Below, piece by piece: positions 59,095 through 64,000 of a stretch of 64,000 nt of DNA; within the stretch, counting starts at the first letter, position 1; each line of letters opens with the position of its first letter. The position numbers and the translations under genes are program-made. Under the pieces are notes generated by a model. That model was given only the letters and a program-made list of their open reading frames with translations, was not told where the DNA came from and made no database searches. The stretch lies in contig CM082588.2 in assembly GCA_040954595.2 (NCBI GenBank), positions 8,726,844 through 8,790,843 on the forward strand, written 5' to 3'. Source of the stretch: Balanoglossus misakiensis. Lineage: Eukaryota > Animalia > Hemichordata.

Positions 59095-60362
59095 GTTTTT
59101 AGGTCCCATTGGTATAGGCCTATATACCATGGGACCTTATGGGATGGGTTGCGTCTGTATGGATGTATGTATGGATGTATGTATGTATGTATGTCCGTCC
59201 ACATCAAAAACTTGAAAACCGCTGCGCGTATCACCTTGATATTTGGTGTGCAGATGCAGGCAGGGCTGTAGATGGGAGTTTGTTCAAACGAAGTTGCCAG
59301 GCCCAAAAATATGCAAATTAGCCAGTAAAATGTGAAATTTATCAAAACTGTGAAAGTCAACAACTACTGGTCAGATTGCTTTAAAAATTGGTATGCATGT
59401 ACCTTATGTCAACCTCACATCGACCTGTAAGTGTTAAGTTAATATCATGGATGCTTTATTTTTTATGAATTTTTTAGTCTTTTTATTAAATTTATACCTT
59501 TACTTATACCTCTATGGTTAAGCTATGTCCACGTCTTATTGTGGAATTCTGGTCTGTGCAATAGTCCTGTACAGTGACTGTCTATTGGTCAGTGAGCACA
59601 ATGGGGCCAAAATAAAAGGCAAATTTTTTGGCTCACCTGTAACACCTGCTTAACACATTAATTATGTGCATACCTAATTCCGGGCTAACTAATAGGGCTA
59701 GAGGTTTCGTTCTTGTGGGACATGGACCAGTATAGGGTCAAAATTTCTTGCCCAAATTTTGGGTGACCTCAGGTGACCTTTGACCTACTTTTCCATATCT
59801 TGGCATCCAGAGCAGGTACAGACTTGGCGTTTGGAGAGTTGGGACTAATATTGAAAAGCCAAAATTGGGGGTCACCTGTGACACCTGCATATCTCATTAA
59901 TTATGTGCATACCTAATTCCAGGCTAACCAATAAGGCTATAGGTTTGGTTTTTGTTGAACATGGACCAGTATAGGGTCAAAATTTCTTGCCCAAATTTTG
60001 CATGACCTCAGGTGACCTTTGACCTACTTTACCATATCTTGGCATCCAGAGCAGGTACAGACTTGGCGTTTGGAGGGTTGGGACTAAAATTGAAAAGCCA
60101 AAATTGGGGGTCACCTGTGACACCTGCATATCTCATTAATTATGTGCATACCTAATTCCAGGCTAACCAATAGGGCTATAGGTTTGTTTTTGTTGAACAT
60201 GGACCAGTATAGGGTCAAAATTTCTTGCCCAAATTTTGCATGACCTCAGGTGACCTTTGACCTACTTTTCCATATCTTGGCATCCAGAGCAGATATGCTT
60301 ATTGCTATGTTTCTATGTGCTATGTCCTCAAATGGGACCACAGTGTCCTTGACGCTATTTTT
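59095..60362 (+). mobile_element. Copy-2-specific Helentron-associated (DINE-1/HINE-like) element with internal ~240-bp tandem repeats
   Basis: Absent from copy 1 (near 41965). T-rich flanks; 5' tttttaggtccca...tgggacct subterminal inverted repeat; (GTAT)n/gtcc tract; about 2.8 internal repeats at 59620-60290; gggacc plus a short stem at the 3' end. A related fragment lies near 47200-47590. Confidence 0.7.
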
Positions 60363-61539
60363 TATTGATAATTTGAGTTTTTAGTCCCCCATGGGAGTAC
60401 GTCATTTGAGAGTGATTTGTTAACTGAGTGCTGAGCTATGTTTGTCCCATGGAAGTGGAGATAGTTTCACATTTTGTAGGTCTGGTCTATTGGGTAACTA
60501 AGTTAGTAAGTAAATCAGATCTTTGAGTTTTACAATGGACAGTGCCTCAGCCATTGAACTATACAACAGATAAAAGGCACACAACACAATGTAATGATAC
60601 CATAAGTAGCATAATACCTACCCAGTCTTTGATAATGTATTAATATTTCCTATTTATTATTCGTTGCAGGTGATGGGGTTTGTTGGCAGCCATGTTGCAG
60701 TCTGTAGCCGTCAGTTATAATTGTCTATTTACACAATTTTTTCTCATTAGTTTCAGATTTCCATGATGCAATATATCCTCCAGCCCATGATGCAATATAA
60801 CCTCTAGTCCAGACGCCAAAATGGTAACCAGGTAACATAGTTCCTGTGGTGTGAGTATGCAAATTAATTGTGTGTGACCAGCAATTAAAGTACATTCCAT
60901 CCCTAAACCACAATGAAAATCTGAATGTCACAAAAAGCCAAGATCATGATATGGCTTGCAGTCATGTGACATCTTTGTGTCGCTTGTGTTTTCCTGGACA
61001 CTTTGCACTAGTTGCCTTGTATTTTCACCACTTTTGTCACCATATTGGTGATTCCCTAGAACTAGAAACAACTGAGCACCCAACGAGAAATAATTATGGA
61101 CTGAGCCAAGTTTCAGTCCGTAGAAGTCAGTTATAATTGTCTATTTACACAATCTTTCTCATTAGTTTCAGATTTCCATGATGCAAAATATCCTCCAGCC
61201 CATGATGCAATATATCCTCTAGTCCAGGCGCCATAATGGTAACTAGGTAACATGATCCTGTGGTCTGAGTATGCAAATTTTGTTTGATTAATCATCGAAG
61301 TACAAAACATCTATAAAATACAATGAAGATCTGAGTGTTACATTCTTACACAGCAGTATGGCATGTTGTATTGTCCATGAAGACAGGAGATCATCTGCTA
61401 CATTTTACCATTGTGATGTTTGTCACAAAATACTTATTGTTGATTATTAATGCTATTCAAGCTATTCAACAGTATTGGCAGGGCATGTAGTATAATTATT
61501 TGAATATGACTTGACTTCAATATCTTTAAAACTTGGTAC

Positions 61540-63680
61540 ATAGACAAGAACAGAATGGTGTCTTGTATTCGCATCCATGGCAACAGATGACCTGTCCATG
61601 TGGTGTTGTTTGACTGAAAAATACTTACCACAGGTATTGACATTATTCATTTTTGCAGATAACAGTTTCTCTGATGATCAACACCTACCAACCATCATGG
61701 AGATAATTTGTGCATGCCTGTCAAGCAGCCACCCAGATTTTGAAGGTAACATCCAAGCTGAAAACAACATTAGCTGGGCATTGGTACAATTATTCTAATA
61801 TGACTTGACTGCAATTTCATTAAAACTTGGGTGATCATTAGACAATGTACTGTGACATACATGTAAATATGCATAGCCATTTATTTTGCAAGTTGATCCA
61901 GTACAGGCACAAAAAGCTGAGACTTATCAACACCTTCGCAGATAACAGAATGGCGTTTTGTTTATTGTTCATGATAACAGGATATGATCTGTCCATAGAC
62001 ACATTTTAGTGTTGTACATGTTGTTTGACTGAAAAATACTTACCGCAGGTATTGACATTATTCATTTTTGCAGATAACAGTTTCTCTGATGATCAACATC
62101 TGCCAACCACCATGTGGATCTGTGCATGCATGTTAAGCAGCCATGCAGATTTTGAAGGTAACATTAAAGCTGCAATCAACGTTAGCTGGCCATGTGGTAC
62201 ATTTATTCTAATATGACTTGATATGATATCAATTTCATTAAAACTTGGTACTTAGACAATGTGACAGCAATGTAGGATCACATTGATGGCCACAAAAAGC
62301 CAAGTTTTCTCCACACGTTCACGGATTACAGAATAGCGTCTTGAATTGTCCATGGCAACCGGAGATCATTTGTCTGGATACATTTTACTAAATTCTTTAT
62401 TGTTGTGTTGTTTGACTAAAAATACTTATTGATATAATTTTCATTTTTTTTGCAGGTAACAGTTTCTCTCTCTGATGATCAACATTTCACAACCACCATG
62501 TAGATCTGTGCTTGTCTGTCAAGCAACCTCGCAGATTTTGAAGGTAACATTTAAACTGCAAACAAGGTTAGCTGGGCATGTGGTACATTTATTCTAATAT
62601 TAAATTGACTGCAATTTGATCATTAAAAATTGGGCAATCATAGAAAATGTACTGTGACATACATATGCACAGCCATTTATTTTGCAACTTGATCCAGTAT
62701 GGCTACAAAAAGCTAAGATTTCTTTGTACCAATGGCGTCTTGTATTGTTCATGATGACAGCCGATGAACTGTCCAGAGCTGCATTATATTGTTGTGTTGT
62801 TTGACTGAAAAATACTTACCGCAGATAATGACATTATTCATTTTTGCAGATAACAGTTTCTCTGATGATCACCATCTGCCAACCATCATGAAGATAATTT
62901 GTGCATGTCTGTCAAGCAGCCATGCAGATTCCGAAGGTAACAATTAAAGCTGCAAACAGCATTAGCGGGGCATGTGGTTCAATTATTCTAATATGACTTG
63001 ACCTCAATTTCATTGAAACTTGGTACATAGACAATGTGGCATACATGTGGACAGCAATTATTGGTCATAATTACAGCCACAAAAAGCTTAGATTTCTTCA
63101 TACGTTTACACACAACAGAATGGTGTCTTGTATTGTCCATGGCAACAAGAGATGATCTGTCCAGAGATACATTTTAGTGTCGTATGTGTTGTTTGACTGA
63201 AACATACTTACCACAGGTATTGACATTATTCATTTTTGCAGATAACAGTTTCTCTGATGATCAACACCTGCCAACCACCACGTGTATCTGTGCATGTCTG
63301 TAAAGAAGCCACCCAATGTAACATCCAAGCTGCAAACAACGTTAGCTGGGCATGGGTAAAATTATTCTTGTATGACTTGACATCAATTTCGTTAAAACTT
63401 GGTACATAGACAATGTGACATCAATTTAGGGTCATATTTATGGCCACAAAAAGCTAAGATTTCTCCCATACATTCATGCATAACAGAATGGTGTCTTGTA
63501 TTGTCCATGGCAACAGGAGATGATCTGTCCATGTGGTGGTGTTTGACTGAAAAATACTTACCGCAGGTATTGACATTATTCATTTTTGCAGATAACAGTT
63601 TCTCTGATGATCACCATCTACCAACCATTATGTGGATCTGTGCATGCCTGTCAAGTAGCCATGCAGATTTTGAAGGTAAC
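61540..63680 (+). repeat. Tandem array of six intron-exon cassettes
   Basis: Same cassette consensus as 43100-44460. Confidence 0.92.
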
Positions 63681-64000
63681 TTGAGATAAATGTTAGTCTT
63701 CTCCAGCATCAGTAGCCCCAATGGATGACAGCATAGAATAATATTGCTCATTTTGGATGGCAGCTAGTACCGGTATATGACTGACGTCCATGAAGACCAG
63801 AGATCATCTTTGTCCATCAGTTTTACCATTGTGCTGCTACACAAAGTACTGTTTGGCATGTTTTGAAACAGACCAAAATACTTAAAAAGAAAAGTCTCTC
63901 TCTCTGCCCTTTTCCCATTAATTATGTTTGATACAAGACACTGTGTAATATTTTACATGTACCATATAGTGAATCAACGTTTGACCACACACAACTTCCA

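Larger units (their letters stand above)
53590..63675 (+). ncRNA. Putative multi-exon lncRNA (or decayed gene), copy 2
   Basis: Same promoter motifs and donor (53735/53736); cassette exons 61659-61745, 62074-62157, 62456-62543, 62850-62936, 63242-63317 and 63592-63675. Confidence 0.5.
52917..64000 (+). repeat. Large tandem duplication, copy 2 (runs off the window)
   Basis: Starts gagttaaattttcaacaattctcaagat as at 36150; collinear with copy 1 plus two insertions and extra cassettes. Confidence 0.95.

Noticed and set aside
62044-62169. Selenoprotein-like repeat (recurrent TGT-TGA in the minus-strand frame)
   Set aside because: The frame is not preserved between cassettes (1-2-nt indels) and no SECIS was recognised.

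Overview
Eukaryotic (metazoan) genomic DNA: AT-rich, with spliceosomal introns and many MITEs. An invertebrate, possibly a non-vertebrate deuterostome, is my inference, not a proven assignment. Left to right: (1) the last seven coding exons of an aryl hydrocarbon receptor (AHR) gene, 1389-5883 (+); (2) a local segmental duplication carrying an intronless, membrane-anchored SGNH-hydrolase-like gene, with an intact copy at 12743-14200, a second copy at 21255-22681 in which a 25-bp deletion removes the catalytic GGS motif and shifts the frame, and a third 3' remnant near 24940; (3) an orphan C-type lectin exon on the minus strand; (4) a complete 10-exon gene at 28121-35238 encoding about 797 aa with one Neuralized repeat, an armadillo-like region and a NEURL4-type ADP-ribosyltransferase domain with an intact H-Y-E triad; (5) from about 36.15 kb, two diverged tandem copies (initial offset about 16.8 kb) of an apparently non-coding multi-exon transcription unit with a near-identical promoter and an array of 4 versus 6 repeated exon cassettes that carry splice signals on both strands. 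Many non-autonomous DNA transposons are present (TTAA Kolobok-like, TA Tc1/pogo-like, Academ-like, P-like micro-palindromes, Helentron-like, Crypton-like), plus micro- and minisatellites. No tRNA, rRNA, CRISPR array or autonomous transposase was recognised. Gene models were built by eye and no database search was run.
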